Shown here in pieces: positions 55,319 through 64,000 of a stretch of 64,000 bases of DNA; within the stretch, counting starts at the first letter, position 1, and every line of letters begins with the position of its first letter. Origin of the DNA: an uncultured Candidatus Binatia bacterium. GTDB lineage: Bacteria > Desulfobacterota > Binatia > UBA9968 > JAJDTQ01. Position numbers and translations under genes: made by a program. The notes beneath the pieces were generated by a model. That model was not told where the DNA came from, searched no databases, and saw only the letters and a program-made list of their open reading frames with translations. The stretch lies in NCBI GenBank assembly GCA_965215605.1, contig OZ244070.1, positions 480,001-544,000 on the forward strand, in the 5' to 3' direction.

Positions 55319-56386
55319 TCACAGATTGAAGAACCGCTTCGCATTGTCGCCCAGCACCGCCTGCTTGTCCTCTCTGGACATGTCGTCGCGTTCCACCACC
55401 TCCTCGATCTCGTGTTTCGCCGCCGGCAGGTCCACCTCGTGCGGATAGTCGGAGGCGTAGGCGAAGGCCTCGATGCCCACCCTGCCGGCCACGTAGGCCA
55501 GGGTCTCCTCGCTGCCCTCGCATCCCAGCAGGATCCGGCCGCCCTTGAGATACTCTACCGGCCGCATCCTGGGCTGGTCCGCGGCGTCGAAGTAGTTTTC
55601 GTCGCGCACCATGCGGTCGATGAGGAAATCGAGCCAGCCACAGCCCCCTTCCATGAACGCCGCCTTGAGCTTCGGGTGTGCGTCGAACACTCCGTGGTAG
55701 ATGAACGACACCAGCGCGATCATCAACGGGATCGAATGATGCAGGACGTGAGAGCCCGTGAAGTTCGTGAACGTGTCCATTCCGACGCCCAGGTTGGAGC
55801 CGCCGTGAATGGCTATCGGCACCCCCAGGCGCTCGGCTTCCGCGTAGACCGGCCAGTAGCTCTGGTGGCCCAGGTGGAGCGGCAGCCCCGTGGACGGAAG
55901 CATCCCGCCGACGAAGCCCAGCTTGTCCACCGCCCGCCGGAGCTCCTTCACGGCCTCCGGCACGTCCTGCATGGGCAGGAGCGCCACCGGCCGCAGCCGG
56001 TCGCTCACCTTGGCGAACTTCTCGTAGATGTAGTCATTGTAGGCTTGGCAAACCTCGACCGCATACCGCGGTATCTGGATGAGGCCTACCGAAAGCCCTT
56101 CGGTGGTAAACAGGACGGTCTTGTCGATGCCGGCCTGCTCAAGAAAGGCGACCCAGTCCTCGCCGCTCCCCGGCATATACTCGCTGGCCGTGACCCGCTC
56201 GTTGCCGGTGGTCCCGGCGTGGAGGGCGAAATGCATCCCGTCGATGGAGGGGAACACTCCCTGGCGGTCCCGGGCCGGGTTGGTGGCCTGGCCCTTGATC
56301 CGGTCGCTCATGAAGTCGGCCATGTCGGGGACCCACTCCACCACATGGCCGTCACAATCCACTATGGAATAATCTTCATACGACAC
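55319..56386 (-). CDS. Amidohydrolase-2 family protein
   Basis: DCDGHVVE, IAIHGG, FMEGGCGW, YASDYPH. Confidence 0.88.
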   Translation of the reverse strand: MSYEDYSIVDCDGHVVEWVPDMADFMSDRIKGQATNPARDRQGVFPSIDGMHFALHAGTTGNERVTASEYMPGSGEDWVAFLEQAGIDKTVLFTTEGLSVGLIQIPRYAVEVCQAYNDYIYEKFAKVSDRLRPVALLPMQDVPEAVKELRRAVDKLGFVGGMLPSTGLPLHLGHQSYWPVYAEAERLGVPIAIHGGSNLGVGMDTFTNFTGSHVLHHSIPLMIALVSFIYHGVFDAHPKLKAAFMEGGCGWLDFLIDRMVRDENYFDAADQPRMRPVEYLKGGRILLGCEGSEETLAYVAGRVGIEAFAYASDYPHEVDLPAAKHEIEEVVERDDMSREDKQAVLGDNAKRFFNL

Positions 56387-56449
56387 GGCATTCTCCCGAA
56401 CCGACGTGACCAGCCCTCACACGCCACGTGAAGCTGCTGCTCCTTCCCC

Positions 56450-57484
56450 TTACTCCTTGCCCAGGAAAGCCGCAAGGGTCCTTTGTCCGGGCAGGCCCAA
56501 CTTGTCCATACTCGCCACCCAGTCCCCGGCGATCTGCTGGACTCCGGGGCTGTTCTTCCACTTCTCCCGGTCCTCGGCCGAGAAATCGACGATGATCACG
56601 CCCTTGTCCTTCAGGTACTTCTGGAACTTGAGGTCGTCGTCCTTCATCGCCTGGGCTTCCCACCTGCCGGCCTTGTCGGCCTCATCGAGGATGATCTTCT
56701 GGTGTTCCTTCGAAAGGCCGTCCCATTTCCTCTGGTTGATGGTGAACATGGTGACGCCGGCGATGCAGCCCATCTCGATCTTGCTCATGTACTTGGCCAC
56801 CTCGTAGGTCTTGAACCGCTGGGCCGCCTCGAAGGAGAGGATGCGAGCATCGATGGTCTTGCGCTGCAACGCCTCGTACATCTCGCCGCCGGTGGTGCTC
56901 ACCGGAATCCCACCCCCCGCCTTGATGGCCTTGGGCGCGATGCGGCCGAAGGTGCCGACCTTCTTGCCCTTGAGCTCCGCCAGGTTTGTGATGGGATCGT
57001 GAGCCACGAGCTGGTAGCTCGCCGTGGCGGCCATGCCCACGATGACGTGACCGAACTTGGTCAACTCGGCGCGCGCCTCCGGAACCTGCTTGAGGACGCG
57101 TTCTATGCCTTGCCACGACTCCACCGGATCAGCGACGGAAAAGGGCAATCCCGCGACCTGCAGCAAGCGGATCTTGTCGGAAAAGTAGCCGACGGCCAGA
57201 TCGGCCATGTCCGCCGTCCCCAACTGCACGGCTTCCAGGGCCTCCTTGGCATGCACGAGGGAGTTGGCCCAGAATATTTGGACGTCGATCTCGCCGTGGG
57301 TCCTTTTCTCCACCCCCTTCTCGAAACGCACGAGATAGTCGGCGCGCGGCGTTCCGGGGCGGGCGGACTGGGTCGGAATCTTGAGAATGATCTTCGCCTG
57401 GGCGTCGGGCGGAAGCACAACCCCGGCCGCGCACACGAATCCTGCCAATACAAAGAGCGCCAACGATCTGGATAGTGCTTTCAT
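56450..57484 (-). CDS. dctP: TRAP substrate-binding protein, copy 2 (close paralogue)
   Basis: Highly similar to 54206..55237; ATG 57484 with GGGGAG RBS. Confidence 0.9.
   Translation of the reverse strand: MKALSRSLALFVLAGFVCAAGVVLPPDAQAKIILKIPTQSARPGTPRADYLVRFEKGVEKRTHGEIDVQIFWANSLVHAKEALEAVQLGTADMADLAVGYFSDKIRLLQVAGLPFSVADPVESWQGIERVLKQVPEARAELTKFGHVIVGMAATASYQLVAHDPITNLAELKGKKVGTFGRIAPKAIKAGGGIPVSTTGGEMYEALQRKTIDARILSFEAAQRFKTYEVAKYMSKIEMGCIAGVTMFTINQRKWDGLSKEHQKIILDEADKAGRWEAQAMKDDDLKFQKYLKDKGVIIVDFSAEDREKWKNSPGVQQIAGDWVASMDKLGLPGQRTLAAFLGKE
56760..56995. repeat. Second copy of the 236-bp exact repeat
   Basis: Identical to 54513-54748 by visual alignment. Confidence 0.8.
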
Positions 57485-57604
57485 AGTCTCCCCTTTCTGC
57501 TGCTGGTGGCCTGTGCCCTGAAACCGAACGGTTTCCGCCTTCGACGGAGCCGACACTAGTAGAAGCTCCGAACGGATGTCAAGGGCAAGGGGAAGGTTTA
57601 CGCA

Positions 57605-57644
57605 ACGAAGCCGGGCACTTTCGCATACACGTGCCCGGCTTCGT
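57605..57644. terminator. 14-bp stem-loop downstream of the SDR gene
   Basis: ACGAAGCCGGGCAC(57605-57618)/GTGCCCGGCTTCGT(57631-57644). Confidence 0.55.
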
Positions 57645-57684
57645 CAATCCTTGAGGCGGTTCCGCATCGATCCGGGTGAGCGAT

Positions 57685-58455
57685 TCAGCTTGCCGGCAGC
57701 CGCTCCTTGGGGAAGTTCGACGCCGCGCTGACGCCGCCGTCGCAGATGAGGTTTTCGCCCCACACGAAGCCCGAGTCGTCGCTGGCCAGGAACAGCATGG
57801 CCTTGGCCTGATCCTCGGCCGTGCCCAGGCGTCCCGCCAGGTTCTTGAACTCCCGGCCCACGGCGCCCTCGTCCTGGCCCACCGGAGAGCCCGAGCGGTT
57901 GGGGGTCAGGCAGTTGACCCGGATGTTGTACTGGGAAAGCTGCACCGCCATGCCCCGGGAGAGGTTGACCACCCCGCCCTTGGCCGCCATGTAGGCGATG
58001 GCGTCGGTGCGGCCGGAAAGGCCCGAGGTCGAGGCCACGTTGACGATGACGCCGCCCCTGCCCTGCTTGACCATCTGCTCCGCCACGTAGCGGCCCACCA
58101 GAAACGGTCCCTTGAGGGTCACGTCGATGACCAGGTCCCACTCCTCTTCCGAGATGCTGAAGATGGTCTCGTGGTCGGTGACGGCGGCGTTGTTCACCAG
58201 GATGTCGATGCCGCCGAAGGCATCCACCGTGGCCTGGACCATGGCCTTCACGTCGTCCGTGTCGGCCACGTTGCACTTGGCGTAGATGGCTTCATGGCCG
58301 CCGGCCTTGAGGTCGCCGACGACCTTCTCGCCGCGCCCCGGATCCATGTCCACGATGCAGATCTTGGCGCCTTCCGAGGCGAACAGCTTGGCGGCCGCCT
58401 CGCCGATGTTGCGGCCCGATCCGGTGATGATCGCTACACGGTCTTTGAGTTTCAT
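57685..58455 (-). CDS. Short-chain dehydrogenase/reductase
   Basis: TGSGRNIG, LVNNA, YMAAK (YxxxK). Confidence 0.92.
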   Translation of the reverse strand: MKLKDRVAIITGSGRNIGEAAAKLFASEGAKICIVDMDPGRGEKVVGDLKAGGHEAIYAKCNVADTDDVKAMVQATVDAFGGIDILVNNAAVTDHETIFSISEEEWDLVIDVTLKGPFLVGRYVAEQMVKQGRGGVIVNVASTSGLSGRTDAIAYMAAKGGVVNLSRGMAVQLSQYNIRVNCLTPNRSGSPVGQDEGAVGREFKNLAGRLGTAEDQAKAMLFLASDDSGFVWGENLICDGGVSAASNFPKERLPAS

Positions 58456-58540
58456 GGTTTCTTCCTCCTTGCCCCACTACGATTCAGTCGCTTCAGGGTC
58501 GTTTGAGTTTGGCTATCGCTACGTTCTTGCGATCTCCGGT

Positions 58541-58568
58541 CACGGGCGGGTTTGAAACCCGCCCCTAC
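58541..58568 (-). repeat. GTAG-type REP-like palindrome, copy 2
   Basis: Reverse complement reads GTAGGGGCGGGTTTCAAACCCGCCCGTG. Confidence 0.65.
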
Positions 58569-60874
58569 TTGTCCAGCATGCCCAGGAAAATCTTCTCCGC
58601 GGTCACGGGCAGGTCCTTGATGCGCACGCCGACGGCGTCGTCCACGGCGTTGGCGATGGAGGGCGCCACCGGGATGAGGGAGGTCTCGCCGATGCCCTTG
58701 GCGCCGAAGGGGCCGTTCTTGTGCGGCACCTCCACGGCGATGGGCGTGATCACGTCGGGCATGTCGCCCAAGGCCGGCAGCACGTAGTCCACGAGATTGG
58801 GATTCACCAGGACCCCGTTGTCCCATACCATTTGCTCGAACAGCGCCTGGCCCAGGCCGGTGATGGCCCCGCCCACGAGCTGCTGCTGGCAGCCCAACGG
58901 CGTGATCACCCGGCCCACGTCCACCGCGGTGGCGTGCTTCAGCACCCGCAACCGGCCGGTGTCCTTGTCGATCTCCACTTCGCTGCCGCCCGCGCCCACG
59001 AACCAGAAGGACGAAGTGGTCTTGTCGCCGGTGTCCGGGTCCACCGTGCTGGTCTTCACCTCGCCCCGGCCCACCAGCGTGCCCCCCTGCATGCCGAAGT
59101 GGTTGAACAGCACCTCGCGGATATCCAGGGCGTTCTCCCGGAAAAGGACCTTGCCGCCCTCCATGCGCGTCTCCTCGAACGGCACCCCGTGCTCCTCGGA
59201 GACGAACCTGCGGAGCTGCTCGCACAGGTCCAGGGACGCCAGCTCCAGCGCCTTGCCCATGTGGAAGGTGGAGCGGCTCGACGAGGTGGTGAGATCGTAG
59301 GGCACCACGTCCGTGTCCACTCCCAGCACCGACACCTGGTCCAGGGAGATCCCCAGGGTGTCCGCCACGATGGCGGCCATGGCCGTGTCCGAGCCCTGGC
59401 CCATCTCCACCGTGCTGGTGAACACGTTGACGCTGCCGTCCTCGTTGAGCTTGATGGCGGCGCACGAGATGGAGGGCGTGATGGTGGCCTTGATGAGCGC
59501 CGCCAGACCCCGGCCGCGCACCTTGGAAGGATCCTCCGACTCCGCCATGGGCTCGCCCCACTTCATCTCCTGGGCGACCTTCTCCAGGCAACCCTTGACG
59601 CCGATGCTCCGGAGCTTCTCGCCGGTGACGAACTCGTCTCCCTCGTCGTAGATGTTCTGCATCCGCAACTCGTACGGGTCCCGGCCCAGCGCCTTGGCGA
59701 TGATGTCCGTCTGGGATTCGCTGGCCCAGGCCGACTGGGACACGCCGAAGCCCCGGAACGCGCCCGCCGGCGGCTTGTTGGTGTAGACGGACTTTGCGTC
59801 GATCTTGACGTGGCTGAACTTGTAGGGCCCGGCCGCGGTGTAGGCCGACTTCTTGGCCACCCGGGGGCCGATCTCCGCGAACGCGCCCGTGTCCAGGAAA
59901 ACCTCCGCCTCCCGCGCATGGAAGGTGCCGTCAGCCTTGACCCCGGTCTTCATGCGGATGAACGCGGCGTGCTTGGTGACCGTGTAGAAGACCTCTTCCC
60001 GGCTCAGCAGGATGCGCACCGGACGCTTGGCCTTCTGGGCCAGGGCCATGGTCAGGGGCTCGATCTTGGGATAGACCTTGCTGCCGTAGCCGCCGCCGAG
60101 ATACGGCACCATGATGCGGATCTTCGACACCGGCATCTTGAAGATGTTGGCGAGTTGGGTGCGCACCACGAAGGGGTTCTGGGTCGTGGACCACAGGTTC
60201 ACGCGCCCGTCGGGCTGGAACGCCGCAATGCAGCCGTGGGGCTCCAGCGCCACGTGCTGGGTGGTAGGCAGGATGAAGGTGTCCTCGAAAACGTGGGCGC
60301 ATTCGGCGAACCCCTGCTCGATATCCCCCTTGCGCAGCTTGAAGTGGGTGCAGACGTTGGTGTTCTCGATGGGCTTCAACTCCGCCAGATCGGCGAAGCC
60401 GTGCTCCGGTATGCGCACGGTCTCGTGCACCAGCGTGGCGTCCTCCTTCACCGAGTCGCGCACGTCCATCACCGGCGGCAGATCCTCGTACTCCACCACG
60501 ATGAGGTTCGCCGCCTCCTCCGCGGCCTCCCGGGTCTCCGCCGCCACCGCGGCCACGGGGTCCCCCACGTGCCGGACCTTGTCCGCCGCCACGATGGTCT
60601 GGTCCTTGAACACCGGGCCGTAGTAGGGCTCGATGCCGGTGCCCTGGACCACGTCGTCCTTGGTGTAGACCGCCACCACCCCCGGCACCTTGAGCGCCTC
60701 GGACGCGTCCACGTAGCGGACCCACGCGTGGGCCACCGGGCTGCGAAGGACGACGCCCTCCAGAACCCCCGGCATCTTCATGTCCGCCAGGTACGCGGCG
60801 CGGCCCGTGAGCTTGGCCTGGTAGTCCAGACGCTGTCCGTCCCGCGCGCTCTGCGGCCTCTCGCTTATCGCCAT
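58565..60874 (-). CDS. Xanthine dehydrogenase family molybdopterin-binding large subunit
   Basis: KLTGRAAY, LGGGYGSK, AFRGFG, VEMGQG, GPFGAKGIGE. Confidence 0.92.
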   Translation of the reverse strand: MAISERPQSARDGQRLDYQAKLTGRAAYLADMKMPGVLEGVVLRSPVAHAWVRYVDASEALKVPGVVAVYTKDDVVQGTGIEPYYGPVFKDQTIVAADKVRHVGDPVAAVAAETREAAEEAANLIVVEYEDLPPVMDVRDSVKEDATLVHETVRIPEHGFADLAELKPIENTNVCTHFKLRKGDIEQGFAECAHVFEDTFILPTTQHVALEPHGCIAAFQPDGRVNLWSTTQNPFVVRTQLANIFKMPVSKIRIMVPYLGGGYGSKVYPKIEPLTMALAQKAKRPVRILLSREEVFYTVTKHAAFIRMKTGVKADGTFHAREAEVFLDTGAFAEIGPRVAKKSAYTAAGPYKFSHVKIDAKSVYTNKPPAGAFRGFGVSQSAWASESQTDIIAKALGRDPYELRMQNIYDEGDEFVTGEKLRSIGVKGCLEKVAQEMKWGEPMAESEDPSKVRGRGLAALIKATITPSISCAAIKLNEDGSVNVFTSTVEMGQGSDTAMAAIVADTLGISLDQVSVLGVDTDVVPYDLTTSSSRSTFHMGKALELASLDLCEQLRRFVSEEHGVPFEETRMEGGKVLFRENALDIREVLFNHFGMQGGTLVGRGEVKTSTVDPDTGDKTTSSFWFVGAGGSEVEIDKDTGRLRVLKHATAVDVGRVITPLGCQQQLVGGAITGLGQALFEQMVWDNGVLVNPNLVDYVLPALGDMPDVITPIAVEVPHKNGPFGAKGIGETSLIPVAPSIANAVDDAVGVRIKDLPVTAEKIFLGMLDK

Positions 60875-60917
60875 GACACGCTCCTCCGGAACATCGCGCG
60901 ATGCCCGGGTCAATCTG

Positions 60918-61379
60918 CTATGTCCGGGCCACGCTCCGGATGGCCTGCATGATCTCCTGGTAGCAGCCGCAGCGGCAGAAGCTGCCGCCCATGTAGCTCT
61001 TGATCTGTTCGTCGTCCGGGTGGGGGTTCGCGTCCAGCATGGCCTTGGCCGTGAGCAGGAACCCCGAGGTGCAATAGCCGCACTGCAACGCCCCGAACTT
61101 CATGAACGACTCCTGCACCGGGTGCAGCCGGTCACCTTCGGCCAGGCCCTCCACGGTGGTGACCTTGCGGCCGTCCGCGTCCACCGCGAGCACCGAGCAG
61201 GCGCTCACCGGTTTGCCGTCCACCAGCAGCGTGCAGGCGCCGCACACCTGGATGTCGCAGCCCAGCTTGGCGCCGGTGAGGTCCAACTCTTCCCGGACCA
61301 CGTCGAGCAGCGTGCGCCACGGCTCCACCTCCACCTGGCAAGACGCCCCATTGACCTCCATGGTGATGGACTTCTTCAT
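60918..61379 (-). CDS. Mo-hydroxylase 2Fe-2S small subunit
   Basis: GCDIQVCGACT, QCGYCTSG, CRCGCY; ATG 61379. Confidence 0.92.
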   Translation of the reverse strand: MKKSITMEVNGASCQVEVEPWRTLLDVVREELDLTGAKLGCDIQVCGACTLLVDGKPVSACSVLAVDADGRKVTTVEGLAEGDRLHPVQESFMKFGALQCGYCTSGFLLTAKAMLDANPHPDDEQIKSYMGGSFCRCGCYQEIMQAIRSVART

Positions 61380-61384
61380 ACCGC

Positions 61385-62251
61385 CTACCCCCTGGTGGCC
61401 TGTTCGTGAACCTTGCGGGCGAGACGCCGCACCAGCGCCGCCACCATCTCGCGCTTGTAGCGCTCCGAGCCGCGGAGATCGTCCATCGGGTCGCACTCTT
61501 CCGCGGCGGCCCGGGCGGCCTGCCGGAGATTGTCGTCGTTCAGCCGCTGGCCCTCCAACGCCGCCTCGGCCTTGCGCGCCCGCATGGGCGTGGGCGCCAC
61601 GCAGCCCAGGCCGATACGGACATCGCGGCAGTTCTCCTCCTGCACCGACATCCGCACCGCCACGCCGATGCAGGGCTTGTCCACCACCGAACTGCTGGAG
61701 AACCGGACATAGTCGATGGCGCTGCGGGCCGGCAGCGGAGGGATCACCACGTGCGTCAACACCTCGTCTTCCTGCAACCGGGTCTCGTAGTAGTCCACGA
61801 AGACGTCTTCCAGCGGCAGGGTGCGCCCGCCCGAAGTGTTGGCGATGCGCACCGTCGCGTCCAGCGTGATGAAGACGCAGGGCAGGTCGGTCAACGGCTC
61901 TCCCGAGGCGATGTTGCCGCCCACCGTGGCCATGTTCCGGACCCGGATGTTGGCCACGTCGTGCTCCAGCTCGCACAGCACCGGAAGCCGTCGCGCCAGC
62001 ACGTCCGATGTTTCGATGTCATGGTGCGTCACCAAGGCGCCGATGACCAAGTCCTCACCGGACTCCTCGATGCGCCGCAACTCGTCGATCTTCTTGATGT
62101 TGATCAGCGCGTCCGGCTGCAGGAAACCCTGCTTGAGCAGGATGGTGAGGGAGCTGCCGCCGGCGAACACGCGCGCGTTGCCACCGTACTGCTTGAGCAG
62201 CCCGCAGGCTTCGTCCACGGTGCCGGGTTCCAGGTATTCGAAGTGTTTCAT
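61385..62251 (-). CDS. Mo-hydroxylase FAD-binding medium subunit
   Basis: AGGSSL, IGALVTH, VRNMATVGGN, DDLRGSERYK. Confidence 0.92.
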   Translation of the reverse strand: MKHFEYLEPGTVDEACGLLKQYGGNARVFAGGSSLTILLKQGFLQPDALINIKKIDELRRIEESGEDLVIGALVTHHDIETSDVLARRLPVLCELEHDVANIRVRNMATVGGNIASGEPLTDLPCVFITLDATVRIANTSGGRTLPLEDVFVDYYETRLQEDEVLTHVVIPPLPARSAIDYVRFSSSSVVDKPCIGVAVRMSVQEENCRDVRIGLGCVAPTPMRARKAEAALEGQRLNDDNLRQAARAAAEECDPMDDLRGSERYKREMVAALVRRLARKVHEQATRG

Positions 62252-62324
62252 GATTGCCGGGAAACGTGGTTAATGGCCTCGGGTTTCACGGGCTGCCGGC
62301 CCGCACCGGGTCTCTGGTGTCGTA

Positions 62325-62354
62325 TCCCGCAAATTATCGCAGGAATTTGCGGGA
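62325..62354. terminator. 11-bp stem-loop between the UbiD-family gene and the FAD subunit gene
   Basis: TCCCGCAAATT/AATTTGCGGGA. Confidence 0.45.
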
Positions 62355-62361
62355 CAGGACA

Positions 62362-63708
62362 CTAGATATAGTCCACCTTGTCGACGCCGGGCACCTGGAC
62401 CTTGCGGTAGTACTCGTTGTCGTTGAGCGGCATGGTGGCGTCGACTCCCCACACGGCGGTGGTGCGCGGCGCCGGCGCCGAGGGGTCGAGCGTCGACATC
62501 GCCAGGTTGGGAACGATGATGATGTCCTTGTCCGGCTGCACCCGCGTGTTGACGGCCCATTCCACGTCCACCGGATCGTGCACGTCGATGTCCTCGTCCA
62601 CCACCACCACGCGCTTGAAGCCCGAGCCCGTGGCCAGCAGCGCCAGGATGACGTTGCGCGCCTCGGCGTCGTGCCGCTTGCGCATGGACACCACGGCATG
62701 GTGCCGGAAGGTGCCGCCGGCGGTGACGCTGCAGTCCTTGACCTCCGGGGTGATGGCCGACACCGTGCGGTAGACCAGCGCCGCGTTGGCGCACTCGATG
62801 AGGGTGTGGTTCTCGGTCACCGGCATACCCGTGAGGCAAGTCTCGTAGATGGGGCTCTGCCGCATGGTGATGGCGGTGACCTGGATCACCGGCGCCTGCT
62901 TGCTCTCGCTGTATGTGCCCGGGTACTCGCCGTAGGGGCCGTCCGACACCCGCTCTCCGGGGATCGTCACGCCCTCGATCACCACTTCGGCGTGGGCCGG
63001 AACGTCCACGTCGATGGTGTCGCACTTGGTCAACTGCACCGGCGCCCCCCGCAAACCGCCGGCCACGGCGAACTCGTCGACGCCATACGGCACCCGCGAC
63101 TGGGAGCCGATGATGATGGCGGGATCCACGCCGATGGCCGTGGCCACCTCCAGTCCCTGGCCCCGATCCTCGGCCTTGAGGATCATGCGGCCCAAGTGAT
63201 GGTCCGGCGGCGCCCACAAGGACAGCTTGTCCTTGCCCAGCCGCAGCATGCGGTGAATGGATACGTTGGGAATCCGGGTGTCGGGATCCTTGCCGATCTG
63301 CACGCCGATGGTGACGTAAGCGCCGCAGTCCTTTTCCGAGTGCACGCAGATGGGAAGCTTGTCGAGGTCGATGTCGTCGCCGGTCCAGCGCACATCCTTG
63401 ACCGGACCGGTGGGCACCATCTCGGAAGGAATGTGCTTGTCTTCCAGCGACAGATAGCGCTCCAGCAGCTTGTCCTCGGTGACCCCCAGGCCTAGCGCCA
63501 CCAGCCGCCGGGTCGCGTACAACGCCCCGAGCACGCGCCAGTCGGGATGGCCCTTGACGTTGTTGAACAGGAGCGCGGGACCGCCGACATCCGAGCTCTT
63601 GCGGATGCCGGCGGCGACCTCGAAGCGCGTGTCCACCTCCCGGTTCACCTCCAGCAACTGGCCCTCGCGCTCCAGCACGTCAAGGAATTCTCTCAGGTCT
63701 TGATGCAA
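62362..63708 (-). CDS. UbiD-family (prenylated-FMN) decarboxylase
   Basis: DLREFL, GPALLF, NVSIHRM, DGPYGEYPG, VVVDEDIDV, WAVNTRVQ; likely TTG start at 63708. Confidence 0.9.
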   Translation of the reverse strand: MHQDLREFLDVLEREGQLLEVNREVDTRFEVAAGIRKSSDVGGPALLFNNVKGHPDWRVLGALYATRRLVALGLGVTEDKLLERYLSLEDKHIPSEMVPTGPVKDVRWTGDDIDLDKLPICVHSEKDCGAYVTIGVQIGKDPDTRIPNVSIHRMLRLGKDKLSLWAPPDHHLGRMILKAEDRGQGLEVATAIGVDPAIIIGSQSRVPYGVDEFAVAGGLRGAPVQLTKCDTIDVDVPAHAEVVIEGVTIPGERVSDGPYGEYPGTYSESKQAPVIQVTAITMRQSPIYETCLTGMPVTENHTLIECANAALVYRTVSAITPEVKDCSVTAGGTFRHHAVVSMRKRHDAEARNVILALLATGSGFKRVVVVDEDIDVHDPVDVEWAVNTRVQPDKDIIIVPNLAMSTLDPSAPAPRTTAVWGVDATMPLNDNEYYRKVQVPGVDKVDYI

Positions 63709-63815
63709 TGCAGGTCTCCCGTATCCATGGGTGTAGGCAAAACGTCTAATTACCAAAAGGCATATGGGGAGTCTACCGTTGACACCACGGCCCCTTGAGG
63801 GTAGGCACAAGGCGC

Positions 63816-64000
63816 ATGATCACCATCCGGGAACTGCGTAAGGAGTTCATCGTCACCGACGGCAAGGTGGCGGCCCTCAAGCGCCTGGACCTCGACGTGG
63901 ACGAGGGAGAGTTTTTCGTCATCGTTGGCGCCAGCGGCTCGGGCAAGACCACGCTGCTGCGCTGCGTGGCGGGGCTGGAGACCCCCAACGGCGGCGAGAT
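63816..64000 (+). CDS. ABC transporter ATP-binding protein, N-terminal part (truncated by window end)
   Basis: Manual translation [11 protein letters not shown]...[23 protein letters not shown]. Confidence 0.85.
   Translation, partial: MITIRELRKEFIVTDGKVAALKRLDLDVDEGEFFVIVGASGSGKTTLLRCVAGLETPNGGE

Noticed and set aside
1-64000. CRISPR array, rRNA, IS transposase or prophage
   Set aside because: No regularly spaced repeats, rRNA-like tracts, transposase genes or phage genes were recognised.

Overview
High-GC bacterial DNA that looks diderm (HlyD/ABC exporter, TRAP transporters, sigma-54 activator). The gene content resembles uncultured Deltaproteobacteria-like marine or sponge symbionts, but that is inference. 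The main feature is an ~18 kb RiPP cluster (~1.8-20.0 kb). It has an NHLP (proteusin-type) export cassette (HlyD plus two ABC transporters, one with a C39 peptidase) and an 87-aa NHLP precursor ending ...VSAG|LCCCGI under its own near-consensus sigma-70 promoter. It also has an MMPL/RND exporter, a covalent-FAD oxidase, two SAM methyltransferases, an unknown 375-aa protein, a fused YcaO cyclodehydratase and an unusual alkane-hydroxylase/desaturase fused to a degenerate GlnE-like domain. It resembles the sponge-microbiome srp clusters (core LCCCW, with a Trp brominase) but has no Trp and no halogenase, and carries a different tailoring set. Next come hemQ/chdC, a sensor-less sigma-54 activator, an M16 peptidase pair, cca, an orphan Mo-hydroxylase subunit and an orphan solute-binding protein. 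A small lower-GC islet (30.3-33.2 kb) holds two unknown genes, a vsr remnant, intact higB and frameshifted higA. The rest is mostly catabolism and transport: amidohydrolases, LLM oxidoreductases, a CoA transferase, ABC/TRAP transporters with a duplicated dctP sharing an identical tract, an SDR, a three-subunit Mo hydroxylase and a UbiD-family decarboxylase. No rRNA, tRNA, CRISPR array or transposase was recognised. All calls come from reading motifs by eye; no searches were run.
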